From Candidatus Uhrbacteria bacterium CG10_big_fil_rev_8_21_14_0_10_48_16 (GTDB lineage Bacteria; Patescibacteriota; Patescibacteriia; UBA9934; GWF2-40-263), in NCBI GenBank assembly GCA_002793515.1, contig PFEU01000006.1, forward strand, positions 10,802 to 74,801: a stretch of DNA of 64,000 nucleotides. Reading direction: 5' to 3'. The translations under genes were made by a program, and so were the position numbers. Numbering within the stretch: the first letter of the stretch is position 1; every line of letters begins with the position of its first letter. Under the pieces are notes generated by a model. It worked only from the letters and a program-made list of their open reading frames with translations, was not told the DNA's origin and did not search any database. Positions 55,843 through 64,000 of this stretch are shown here, piece by piece.

Positions 55843-56530
55843 AGCGGTCGAGAGGGCTCGACGAGGGGCGGGTACACACGTAGTAGATGTAGCCGTTTTC
55901 GATGTGCGTGTAGAGGGAGGCTGAGGCGAGGAAGAGCGTCACGGTCCCGATCATGCTGATGATCGTGGGGGTGAACTCCATGGTAAGGAACGGATTGGTT
56001 CCGTTGTACAACGGCCGAGTTCCGAAAACGAGGGCGACGATGAACACCACTTCCGCGTAGACCTTGCGCTTCCCCCAGAGGTTCGCTCCACCGGGATCAA
56101 GCTTCAGGAAACGCTTGACCGGACGCACGAGCGTGAGGAGAACTGCCAGACCGGTCATGAGAACGGCGACCCCTTCGTCGACGTATTCAAGACCAATCGT
56201 CCAGAGCAGACCAATGAAACGGATCTTGTCGATGAAGGGGTCCAGTGCCCGACCCAAGTGGGTGACTCCACGGTAGTTCAGCTGTTCGATGAAGGTGAGG
56301 AGCGCTTCATCCTCTCGCGACATGAGAGAGCGGTCTCCCTGGTGGAACCGCGCGACACAGCCGTCCCACCAGTCGGTGAGAAAGCTGATGATCAGGCACG
56401 CTACGGCGAGCCAGTCCTGATCGATACAGAAGAGCAGGATGCCGATGAGGGCCATGAGCCCACCGAAGAGCGTGATCGTGTTTGCGCTCGTAAATCCGAG
56501 CGACTTTCCAATCCAGGTTGAGATGTCCAT
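55841..56530 (-). CDS. CDP-alcohol phosphatidyltransferase family protein (high-GC; compositionally foreign).
   Basis: Motif D-x2-DG-x2-AR...G...G...D...D (FLTDWWDGCVARFHQGDRSL...GRALDPFIDKIRFIGL). Strong GC3 bias. SD AGGAAG before ATG 56530 (MDISTW...). Confidence 0.7.
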   Translation of the reverse strand: MDISTWIGKSLGFTSANTITLFGGLMALIGILLFCIDQDWLAVACLIISFLTDWWDGCVARFHQGDRSLMSREDEALLTFIEQLNYRGVTHLGRALDPFIDKIRFIGLLWTIGLEYVDEGVAVLMTGLAVLLTLVRPVKRFLKLDPGGANLWGKRKVYAEVVFIVALVFGTRPLYNGTNPFLTMEFTPTIISMIGTVTLFLASASLYTHIENGYIYYVCTRPSSSPLDR

Positions 56531-56638
56531 GGGCGACTTCCTTTGTGTGCTCGACTTATGTATCACGAACATCCGTAAATGAAAAGTGAATAATCTGAAG
56601 AAGCTATTCTGTAAAAAGTTTGGTAAAATGATTTAGCT

Positions 56639-57028
56639 ATGCAAAAAACGGACGATCAATGGAAAAGGGAGCTGACTCCTGAACAATATCGCGTCCTGCG
56701 TGAGAAGGGGACGGAGGTTCCATTTTCAGGAACGTATAACCTCCTCAATGATGATGGGATGTATCATTGTGCTGGCTGTGGCGCTGTCCTATTTTCCTCG
56801 GAGGGTAAATTCGATGCAGGGTGTGGCTGGCCAAGTTTTGATCGTGTGGTGAACTCTGACTCGGTAAAACTCATCGAAGACCGATCACAAGGCATGGTGC
56901 GTACAGAGGTTGTTTGTGCTTCTTGTGGGGGGCATCTCGGTCATTTGTTTGATGACGGTCCCACTCAGACAGGGAAGCGGTTTTGTATCAATTCGACGGC
57001 ACTGGAGTTTAACAAAACGGAGCTATGA
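56639..57028 (+). CDS. msrB: Peptide methionine (R)-sulfoxide reductase MsrB.
   Basis: CxxC...CxxC zinc site (CAGCGAV...CASCGGHLGH) and catalytic RFCINSTAL motif. TAAAAT box 9 nt before the ATG. Confidence 0.85.
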   Translation: MQKTDDQWKRELTPEQYRVLREKGTEVPFSGTYNLLNDDGMYHCAGCGAVLFSSEGKFDAGCGWPSFDRVVNSDSVKLIEDRSQGMVRTEVVCASCGGHLGHLFDDGPTQTGKRFCINSTALEFNKTEL

Positions 57029-58014
57029 TCGGACCAGTTCTCATTATCTTCATTGCCTTTTTTGGATTTTGCTTAGCCGTCTATTTGTTTCACAAAAAAC
57101 GACGAAAGCAGGAGCATTTCATCTGTCCATTTCGTGGAAATTGTACAGATGTTATTCAAAGCGATTATTCAAAATTTTTAGGAGTCCCCGTTGAGATTCT
57201 TGGTCTACTGTATTACGCCTTGATTGCCGTTGGGTATGGGTTTGTGATTGCTGATTCCGTATTCGAGTGGTTTGACGTGTTTCTCCTGATCGCCTCCGCC
57301 TTCGCCTTTCTGTTCTCTCTCTATCTCACCTCCATTCAGGTGTTTGCTTTGAAGAAATTTTGTACGTGGTGTTTATTGTCTGCCTCTTTTTGCTTGGCGA
57401 TCTTTGCTATTTCATTAGGAGGTTCGCTTGACGTCGTGATTCCTTTTTTTATTCACTATCGAGCAATCATAGGAGCGGTGCATCTTCTCACTATTGGTAT
57501 TGGAACGGGGATTGTGACAACGACAACCGTTTTCTTTTATCAATTCCTTCGAGATGGTCGTCTGTCTGCAGAGGAATCAAAGGTGCTCTCAACCCTTTTC
57601 GAGCTCGGCTGGGTTTCCTTAGGGCTTTTACTCACACTCGTGGGGGCGCTGTATGTATCGGGAGCAGACTGGTTCATTCATTCATCTGTTTTCCTCCTAG
57701 AAATTGTTGCAACCCTTGGAATGATTCTTGGAACAGGCTATCTCACACTTCAGGTCATGCCACAACTTGAACGGATCTCTTCTGGGGAAGAGCATGTCCA
57801 TGAATCCGGTGAACTTTTGCTGGCACGTAAACGTGTTTTTATGCTTGGTCCGGTGAGTCTTGTCTCCTGGTATGCGGTCTTTCTTCTCAGTATTCTTCCA
57901 AATAAAGCATTCATCACGACGACGTATCTCCTTATCGGATATCTTCTTCTCTTACTTTTGGCTATGGCATGTGGAATGGTCATGTACAGAAGAATCCTCT
58001 TAACCTCACATTGA
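57025..58014 (+). CDS. Vitamin K epoxide reductase (VKOR)-family membrane oxidoreductase with an extra C-terminal membrane domain.
   Basis: VKOR-like N-terminus (CPFRGNCTDVIQSDYSKFLGVPVEILGLLYY) and active-site CTWC in TM4. Overlaps the msrB stop by 4 nt. Confidence 0.6.
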   Translation: MIGPVLIIFIAFFGFCLAVYLFHKKRRKQEHFICPFRGNCTDVIQSDYSKFLGVPVEILGLLYYALIAVGYGFVIADSVFEWFDVFLLIASAFAFLFSLYLTSIQVFALKKFCTWCLLSASFCLAIFAISLGGSLDVVIPFFIHYRAIIGAVHLLTIGIGTGIVTTTTVFFYQFLRDGRLSAEESKVLSTLFELGWVSLGLLLTLVGALYVSGADWFIHSSVFLLEIVATLGMILGTGYLTLQVMPQLERISSGEEHVHESGELLLARKRVFMLGPVSLVSWYAVFLLSILPNKAFITTTYLLIGYLLLLLLAMACGMVMYRRILLTSH

Positions 58015-58021
58015 TCTTTGT

Positions 58022-58798
58022 ATGCCTGATGCGATTTCGCTTTTATTCCCTGCGTTTATTGCAGGAATCCTCACATTCTTAGCGCCCTGTACGCTTCCTC
58101 TCGTTCCTGCATACCTTGGGTTTATTAGTGGGGCCTCTGCAAAAGATTTAGAGGATCCACATGTTCGACCACAGATCAGAAAAAAGGTTCTCATGAACGG
58201 AATCTTTTATGTTCTTGGGTTTAGTGTGATCTTTATTGGACTCGGAGTGCTTTTTGGACTCGGAGGGTCCGCATTGGCACAGTATCAGGATGTTCTTGAG
58301 AGAATCGGAGGAGTGTTTATCCTTTTCTTTGGTCTTTACCTTGTTGGAATTTTGGAGCGAATCCCGGTTCTTCAAAAAATTCTCTCATCAGAACATCGAT
58401 TTAAACTCCCGAGCTCATTAAAACCAGGGACTCCTTCTAGTTCATTTATTTTTGGAGCGACATTTGCGTTTGGATGGACCCCCTGTGTTGGTCCTATTCT
58501 TGGTTCGATTCTTTTTCTTGCGTCTTCAACTGCGACGGTCTGGCAAGGAGCCCTTCTTCTTTCGGTGTTCTCATTGGGGTTGGCGATTCCATTTCTTCTT
58601 ATCGCACTAGGGATTGGTCATGCCACACAAACGATTAAAAAGCTGACACGCATTCTCCCATATGTTTCGATCGTCGGAGGAGTCATGTTGATTGCGTTGG
58701 GTATTCTTCTTGTGACAGACTCGCTTTCCATTTGGCTTTCCTGGAGCTACCAATTGTTTGAAGTCTTCCAATATGAGCGTCTTTTGGACTATCTCTAG
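58022..58798 (+). CDS. ccdA: Cytochrome c-type biogenesis / thiol-disulfide transporter CcdA (DsbD-family core).
   Basis: FIAGILTFLAPCTLPLVPAYLGFISG and the second Cys in GWTPCVGPILGSIL. Confidence 0.8.
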   Translation: MPDAISLLFPAFIAGILTFLAPCTLPLVPAYLGFISGASAKDLEDPHVRPQIRKKVLMNGIFYVLGFSVIFIGLGVLFGLGGSALAQYQDVLERIGGVFILFFGLYLVGILERIPVLQKILSSEHRFKLPSSLKPGTPSSSFIFGATFAFGWTPCVGPILGSILFLASSTATVWQGALLLSVFSLGLAIPFLLIALGIGHATQTIKKLTRILPYVSIVGGVMLIALGILLVTDSLSIWLSWSYQLFEVFQYERLLDYL

Positions 58799-58852
58799 TC
58801 TTCCACAGGACGCTCGATTGTCATATATGACTATGTTATACTGGCGATCGCT

Positions 58853-59443
58853 ATGAAAAAATCATTCTTTTGGGCATTTCTTGCCATCGTATTTATAGGT
58901 GGGGGATGTGTTGGTGGGGGGGAGCCACAAGATATTGAAGAAGTGGCTTCTGGAATTGATCGAGATTCCATTTTATTTGAGGCACAGAAGAATGGTCTTA
59001 TTATGACCGATGAGGAAATCTCAGCCATGACGTCAGGAGGTGTTATTGTAGATGAATCTGGTGAAACTCCAGAGATCATTGAACGCTATCTTGAAACGGA
59101 TGTGCGAGGATGGGCCTCTGCAGCTCTTGCGGATGTGACTGGAGGTGAGAGTTTTGGAATCGCACACACACAATTTGAATCAGGGTTGTTTACGTTGATT
59201 TCTAACATGGGGAATCTTCCTGATCCAGCTGAAGGGTACTTCTACGAAGGATGGTTGGTCCGAAGAGGAGAATCTATGTCTGTCATAAGCACGGGAGTTG
59301 CTGAAAAGACAGCGGAAGGATACGTGAACGTGTACACGTCAAAGACAGATCTCTCTGACCATGATTTCTACGTATTGACCTTAGAACCAAACGATGAAGA
59401 TCCGGCGCCGGCAGAACATATCTTGGAAGGAACGCTCAGATAA
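58853..59443 (+). CDS. Hypothetical lipoprotein.
   Basis: Lipobox IVFIGGG|C. Acidic exported domain. TGTTATACT box ~12 nt before the ATG. Confidence 0.45.
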   Translation: MKKSFFWAFLAIVFIGGGCVGGGEPQDIEEVASGIDRDSILFEAQKNGLIMTDEEISAMTSGGVIVDESGETPEIIERYLETDVRGWASAALADVTGGESFGIAHTQFESGLFTLISNMGNLPDPAEGYFYEGWLVRRGESMSVISTGVAEKTAEGYVNVYTSKTDLSDHDFYVLTLEPNDEDPAPAEHILEGTLR

Positions 59444-59447
59444 TAAA

Positions 59448-59476
59448 ACAGCCTCCCGATCGGGAGGCTGTTTTAT
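59448..59476. terminator. Bidirectional rho-independent terminator.
   Basis: AAAacagcctccc-gatc-gggaggctgtTTTATT. Confidence 0.6.
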
Positions 59477-60399
59477 TATTGTGTATTTGTGACGTAGATC
59501 ATCAGGTATTGTCCGTTCTTGAGAGGAACCATCGTTGGATCTTTCACGTAGACCTCATTGCCTGTTGGTTCAAGAGGGGATTCATCAGAGGGATACCAGT
59601 CGAATCCATTTTTACTCCACGAAGAGGAGATCGAACCGTCACTCCCAAATAACGAGAGGTAAAATCGATCATCGATCCACATGCCGTTTGCTGGCACGAG
59701 GAATGACGATGCTTTAGGGAAACTCGTGATCCCGTAAACGGAGAATCGTATTCCATCGAGACTCGTGAGGTGCCAGAGTTTCTCAACACCACCCTGAGAA
59801 AGAGCGTACATGTGCCACGTGTCACCGATTTTGAATGTGGTGGAATCAATTGCGATGTTATTTGAGGGAACAAAGATCGAACTTTTGTACTCGAACGTGA
59901 TTCCATCAAGACTTTCGGCATAATGAATCCCCTGAGGATTCCCGCTGGTAAAGTACATTCTTACGGTTCCATCAGGAAGGAGAATGACGTCAGGATCGAC
60001 CACTCGATAGATCCCTTCTGGAGTCCCTGTAAGTTCAAGGTATTTGAAAATCCAACTATTTCCGTTGTCTTGAGAGATAGCAACCGCGGTTGTATTGAGA
60101 AGATCGCCAACCATCCAGCCAGTATAATAGAGATAGACATCCCCATTTTCTTTAATCAATGCATCAGGAACATTTGCTTGATCAGAAATCCATAGATCGT
60201 TTGAGACATAGGTTAGACCATCAGATGAAATCGCGGTTTTAAGCGTGCGCTCAAATGGCCCTTCCTGGGACGCTTCTTCACCGTCTGGAGATGTCGCAGA
60301 TCCTCTTTGAGGATCAAAATCACTCTCAAGACGTTCCGTCTGTGCACATCCGAAGCCAAAAAGGATGAGAAGGAGAAATAGACTTGTGATGTTTTTCAT
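59476..60399 (-). CDS. Lipoprotein with beta-propeller glycosidase-like repeats (GH32/GH43/sialidase-superfamily-like).
   Basis: Lipobox LFGFG|C. Recurrent beta-propeller-like motifs (AISQDNGNSW; DPDVILLPDGTVRMYFTS; ESLDGITFE). No secure family assignment. Confidence 0.4.
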   Translation of the reverse strand: MKNITSLFLLLILFGFGCAQTERLESDFDPQRGSATSPDGEEASQEGPFERTLKTAISSDGLTYVSNDLWISDQANVPDALIKENGDVYLYYTGWMVGDLLNTTAVAISQDNGNSWIFKYLELTGTPEGIYRVVDPDVILLPDGTVRMYFTSGNPQGIHYAESLDGITFEYKSSIFVPSNNIAIDSTTFKIGDTWHMYALSQGGVEKLWHLTSLDGIRFSVYGITSFPKASSFLVPANGMWIDDRFYLSLFGSDGSISSSWSKNGFDWYPSDESPLEPTGNEVYVKDPTMVPLKNGQYLMIYVTNTQ

Positions 60400-60453
60400 A
60401 GGTTTTTAGGTTAACCGTAGTCTAACAAATTTGAAAATAGAACGGCAATAGAA

Positions 60454-60483
60454 AAGACCTCAGGTTATTCTGAGGTCTTTTTG
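60454..60483. terminator. Rho-independent terminator.
   Basis: aagacctcag-gttatt-ctgaggtctt followed by TTTTGTT. Confidence 0.5.
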
Positions 60484-60634
60484 TTGGCTTTTACGATACG
60501 GATGGCTTTTGCTTTTCGACTGTTGGTGAGCTGTACCTTACGGGCAGCCTTCCAAGCGGTAAAAATTTGTTTTCGTTTTCCAGGCATAGAGTTTGTTGAA
60601 TTTGTGCCAAGTATAGGCAATAGAGGGGATTTCG

Positions 60635-61486
60635 TCAAGCCTTATCCCCATCCACGACTTCTGCGCATTCTGTGAGAATTTTCTGTAATCGGCGTTGGGG
60701 GATTTGTGTCGTTGAACTGAGCTGGTCCACAGGAATGGTGATGAGCTCACGACACAACATAAGATCCGTTCGAGCAAAAGCCGATATTTCTGATGATGTA
60801 AGATCATTGAGAACGGTTAGCGGATAGAGAGAGTTAATATCGACCATTTGAGCGAATGTTTGTTCTGTGGGGTGATTCCATCCTATTAACTTCATGTGTT
60901 TGCAATGTCCAAATTGAAGAGACTGATCGGTGAACGATGCATTGGTGACAATCCAGACTTCATCAAAGTGAGGACAATTTCCAATTTTTGATCCATCGAC
61001 AAGGTCGAGGAAACGAGCCCAAGTCGCCATTGTATCTTTAATCGTTATGGTTGAAGTAAAATCGTGACGAAATTTTGCCTCGATAAATGCCGTGCGCCCA
61101 TCTTTTTCTGCGGTGACGTCGATCTCATGTTCGATACAGGCTCCTCTGTAGGTATCTGGAGTTGCTGTCTTGTACCCATAGGCACTCAGAACTGCTGAAA
61201 CATACTTTTCAAAGTTATATCCTGCAGGTCCGAGTTTCACAATGGCTTCTCGCAATGTATATCTGACACCTGCCCAAGGCTTTATGTTTGCGAGTTCTTT
61301 TCGAACGATCGCGTAGATCGTTTTTGTCTTCATTTTTGGTTTCAGTTTTGACTCAACCGCCTGCAAGACTTTTTTTGCCGTCGCTTCATCGGCTCCCGTC
61401 CGCATAATGGAAGAGAGAATTTTCTGAGCATCGAATGGCGCAAGAGTCCCATCGAATTTCGTAATGAGGATATCTTTTTCAGTCAT
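60635..61486 (-). CDS. ATP-cone domain fused to an Mrr-like PD-(D/E)xK restriction-endonuclease-fold domain, plus a C-terminal extension.
   Basis: ATP-cone (ILITKFDGTLAPFDAQKILSSIMRTGADEATAKKVLQAVESKL). Mrr_cat-like core (FEKYVSAVLSAYGYKTA...CIEHEIDVTAEKDGRTAFIEAKFRH, with D...E-A-K). Start taken at MTEKDIL. Confidence 0.6.
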   Translation of the reverse strand: MTEKDILITKFDGTLAPFDAQKILSSIMRTGADEATAKKVLQAVESKLKPKMKTKTIYAIVRKELANIKPWAGVRYTLREAIVKLGPAGYNFEKYVSAVLSAYGYKTATPDTYRGACIEHEIDVTAEKDGRTAFIEAKFRHDFTSTITIKDTMATWARFLDLVDGSKIGNCPHFDEVWIVTNASFTDQSLQFGHCKHMKLIGWNHPTEQTFAQMVDINSLYPLTVLNDLTSSEISAFARTDLMLCRELITIPVDQLSSTTQIPQRRLQKILTECAEVVDGDKA

Positions 61487-61525
61487 AGTGGTCGTAGTAT
61501 ACCAATTCCTGTAAAATAGTCGCAT

Positions 61526-61960
61526 ATGGACAGTGCGTTTCTCATGGGGATCATTCATCCTGGTCAAGTTCTATTTGCCCTGACGGTCTTATTCTTTGGT
61601 TCAGCGTTTACGCTGAGTTTTCTCATCGGGACAAAAGCACAGGTTGTCCGTCCGCTTATCGGAGTTCTTTTTCTTATTTTGTTTCTTTTGTTAGGAACGG
61701 TTGCGATTGAGTTCAGTCAGGCAGCAACTCCTTCTTATACCTACGGAACGTTCGCTTCACTGTCTGAGGCTCTCTCAACGCATCGATGGCTCTTATTCCA
61801 GCTTCCTATTATTCTGACCTTGACGAGCCTGCTTGTGTTATTTGTCTACGGAGAAAAGATTGGTCACGCTCATGCTCGGTTGTATCGAACAACCGTACTC
61901 ATAGCGATTGCCATCAGTTTCGCAAGTGTCCTCGCCATCATTTTTGAATCAATGATTTAG
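61526..61960 (+). CDS. Small polytopic membrane protein (hypothetical).
   Basis: Four hydrophobic segments. TAAAAT box 8 nt before the ATG. Confidence 0.4.
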   Translation: MDSAFLMGIIHPGQVLFALTVLFFGSAFTLSFLIGTKAQVVRPLIGVLFLILFLLLGTVAIEFSQAATPSYTYGTFASLSEALSTHRWLLFQLPIILTLTSLLVLFVYGEKIGHAHARLYRTTVLIAIAISFASVLAIIFESMI

Positions 61961-61961
61961 T

Positions 61962-62303
61962 ATGTTGCGACTTTTTTCTCAACGTGTGCACGAGTCTTTT
62001 GCTCTCTCAGCTATTCTTGCAGGGTCTGTTGCGTTACATGTGGCATGGATTGATAATCTTCTTATTTCACGATCGCGTACGATTGCGGAATGGGTGACAT
62101 TGAATCCAGACATTGGTCCTATTTCTGGATTGTATGTCGACACGCTTGGGGCGTTTTTTGTCACACTCCTCGTTATGACGTTCCTTTGGCGAGGACGAGA
62201 TGTTTCGCATTGGCGAGATCGAGTCTTTTGGTTCTTTATCCTTTCAATCGTTCTGTTCCTCGTGATGACTCTTCCCTTTATCTACGGTTTTGCGGTGACG
62301 TAA
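61962..62303 (+). CDS. Small polytopic membrane protein (hypothetical).
   Basis: Three hydrophobic segments. Starts 1 nt after the previous stop (operon). Confidence 0.4.
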   Translation: MLRLFSQRVHESFALSAILAGSVALHVAWIDNLLISRSRTIAEWVTLNPDIGPISGLYVDTLGAFFVTLLVMTFLWRGRDVSHWRDRVFWFFILSIVLFLVMTLPFIYGFAVT

Positions 62304-62349
62304 CGTTTTAGGTAGACTAAAGGTTCTTAGCATTGATTGATTTGTTTCT

Positions 62350-63849
62350 ATGGATATTTCGGTACGAAAAGGAGAAGTTGTTGAGCAGGCATGCGATCTT
62401 TTGGTTCTCCATGCGTTTTCTGGTTCAAAGGGGCTTGTGGGGGATCTAAAAACTGTCGATGAGGCGCTTGGAGGGAAGGTGATGAAGTTCATGAAGGAAG
62501 ATGGATTTAAGGGAAAGAGCGACTCAACTTTTCTTATGCGAACGCATGGGGAAATTGCACCAAAGCGTATTTTGGTTTTGGGACTTGGAAAGCAAGAAGA
62601 ATTTACGGTGGAATCCGTGCGCCAGGCATCAGCGGTCTCAGTAAACATAGCAACGAGTCTGAAGGTAAAGACCGTGCTATCCGCGATTCAGGCGTTTGAT
62701 GGAGAAACAGTAACCGTTGGAGATTGGGCTCAAGCTATGGCCGAGGGAGCACGTCTTGCCGAGTATCGCTTTGATGTCTACAAAAAACCATCAAAATCAA
62801 CCGTCGCGATAAAAAAGTTTGATCTTCTTTTGCAGGGTGGACGTGACGTACGCCTTGCTCAAAAAGGGGTTGAGTTGGGAGATCTTATGGCAAAGGGGAC
62901 GATCCTTGCTCGAGATCTTGTCAATACCCCTGCGCAGGATATGCACCCTCAAACGCTGGTTGACACAGCGAAAAATCTTGCCAAAGGGAAGGGGAGTATT
63001 CGCGTGCGTGTCTATGATCGAGAGGCGCTGAAACGTATGGGGGCAGGAGGTATTCTTGGGGTGGCTCAAGGATCAGAATACCCACCGTACCTTGTTCACA
63101 TGGTGTATAAACCACGAAAGCCAACAACAAAACGTGTGGCTCTTGTAGGAAAGGCTGTCACGTTTGATTCCGGCGGATTGTCCCTGAAACCTGCCCAGTT
63201 TATGGAAACGATGAAAATCGATATGGGGGGATCTGCGGCCGTTCTTGGCGCTTTCTCTGTGATTGATGAGATCGCTCCGTCGTGCGAGGTTCATGGAATC
63301 TTTGGGGCCGTTGAAAATATGCCGAGCGGAAAAGCCATGCGTCCTGGTGATGTATTGGTAGCGATGAATAAAAAAACGATAGAGGTTCTTAATACGGACG
63401 CAGAGGGTCGACTCACGCTTGCCGATACCCTGTGCTTTGCGGTGAAGCAAAAACCACAGGCAATTATCGATCTTGCGACACTTACCGGGGCGTGTGTTGT
63501 TGCGCTCGGAGAAGAGTATACGGGGCTGATGTCTAATAACGATGAGCTCTCAACAAGGATTCTAGAATCAGCAAACACAGCCGGTGAAAAAATGTGGAGA
63601 TTGCCATTAGAAAAAAATTACAAAAAATTGTTAAAGAGTCAGGTTGCAGATATGCAGAATGTTGGCTCTCGATGGGGAGGGGCACTCACCGCAGGATTGT
63701 TCCTTGAAGAATTTGTTGGGAAGACGCCTTGGGCTCATCTTGATATTGCTGGACCTGCGTACGCTGAACGTGATATCGATGCGTACACAAAAAAGGGAGC
63801 AACCGGGCATGGCGTGCGGACCCTTCTGCGTTATCTCAAGAGCCTCTAG
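62350..63849 (+). CDS. pepA: Leucyl aminopeptidase (M17 family).
   Basis: M17 signature NTDAEGRLTLAD, metal-binding residues, family-typical length. Confidence 0.85.
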   Translation: MDISVRKGEVVEQACDLLVLHAFSGSKGLVGDLKTVDEALGGKVMKFMKEDGFKGKSDSTFLMRTHGEIAPKRILVLGLGKQEEFTVESVRQASAVSVNIATSLKVKTVLSAIQAFDGETVTVGDWAQAMAEGARLAEYRFDVYKKPSKSTVAIKKFDLLLQGGRDVRLAQKGVELGDLMAKGTILARDLVNTPAQDMHPQTLVDTAKNLAKGKGSIRVRVYDREALKRMGAGGILGVAQGSEYPPYLVHMVYKPRKPTTKRVALVGKAVTFDSGGLSLKPAQFMETMKIDMGGSAAVLGAFSVIDEIAPSCEVHGIFGAVENMPSGKAMRPGDVLVAMNKKTIEVLNTDAEGRLTLADTLCFAVKQKPQAIIDLATLTGACVVALGEEYTGLMSNNDELSTRILESANTAGEKMWRLPLEKNYKKLLKSQVADMQNVGSRWGGALTAGLFLEEFVGKTPWAHLDIAGPAYAERDIDAYTKKGATGHGVRTLLRYLKSL

Positions 63850-63851
63850 TA

Positions 63852-64000
63852 TGTATACCCTTGATCAAACCCATCGAAAGCTCGTGTTGGTCTGTACAAA
63901 TAATCGGCAAGATGGAAGAGCCTGTTGTGCAGAACAGGGTGCTGTGGATCTTCATAGAAAGTTAAAGAACGCCGTAGCGGCGAGAGATCCTCGTATTCGT
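63852..64000 (+). CDS. Partial ORF (5' end only), possibly a thioredoxin-like [2Fe-2S] ferredoxin-family protein.
   Basis: MYTLDQTHRKLVLVCTNNRQDGRACCAEQGAVDLHRKLKNAVAARDPRIR. Truncated by the window end. Confidence 0.35.

Noticed and set aside
1-64000. CRISPR arrays, IS elements, integrases, prophage genes, rRNA.
   Set aside because: I saw no short direct-repeat/spacer arrays, transposase or integrase-like ORFs, or rRNA-like conserved blocks in either strand.

Overview
About 64 kb of a gene-dense, low-GC bacterial chromosome; native genes look roughly mid-40s to 50 % GC by eye. The genetic code is standard: TAA, TAG and TGA all end long, well-conserved ORFs. I saw no rRNA, CRISPR array, transposase or integrase.

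Gene content, in order:
- a ComG-like type IV pilus/pseudopilus operon: GspE/PilB ATPase, PilC platform, five prepilin-like genes;
- tandem PNPOx-like paralogs flanking a receiver-domain gene;
- dnaG-rpoD;
- a MacAB-like tripartite efflux system;
- an ECF sigma/anti-sigma pair;
- a MutY-family glycosylase and a CYTH protein;
- glycerate kinase, RimK-like ligase, GreA, a DEAD-box helicase, a NUDIX hydrolase, RsuA-family pseudouridine synthase;
- an ABC-2 exporter, MsrA, a GT4 glycosyltransferase;
- a Gly/Arg/Tyr-repeat zinc-ribbon protein;
- an ABC-F ATPase, a divergent NRAMP-like transporter, TrhO, a Zur-ZIP zinc module, Xth, a cupin, CspA, TruB;
- an LCP-family protein, an ArsR regulator, a GH3 hydrolase, a HAD hydrolase, a SET-domain protein, an S51 peptidase, a PEBP protein;
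- tRNA-Asn(GTT);
- MsrB-VKOR-CcdA;
- an ATP-cone/Mrr-like nuclease fusion, PepA, and a partial ferredoxin-like gene.

Many of the remaining genes encode exported proteins or lipoproteins of unknown function. The small-genome, surface-protein-rich, partly leaderless layout is compatible with a Patescibacteria/CPR-like or other streamlined monoderm lineage, but I cannot assign lineage from sequence alone.

Observations I would look at first:
1. Three short single-gene islands with visibly >60 % GC and GC3-skewed codons sit in native low-GC context at 12155-13264, 17248-19053 and 55841-56530.
2. pilB carries an in-frame TAG at 577-579.
3. pilC carries a C-terminal SH3b fusion.
4. The PNPOx-like paralogs share a ~97-bp gene-conversion tract.
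5. One gene encodes an RGG/YGG-repeat + C4 zinc ribbon + acidic-tail protein.
6. A SET-domain gene sits opposite an inverted SET remnant.
7. An ATP-cone/PD-(D/E)xK nuclease fusion lies beside two small membrane proteins.
8. A TGNTATACT-type extended -10 box recurs ~8-12 nt upstream of start codons, suggesting leaderless mRNAs.

I could not identify a single clear-cut novel system with confidence. The findings are ranked with honest uncertainty.
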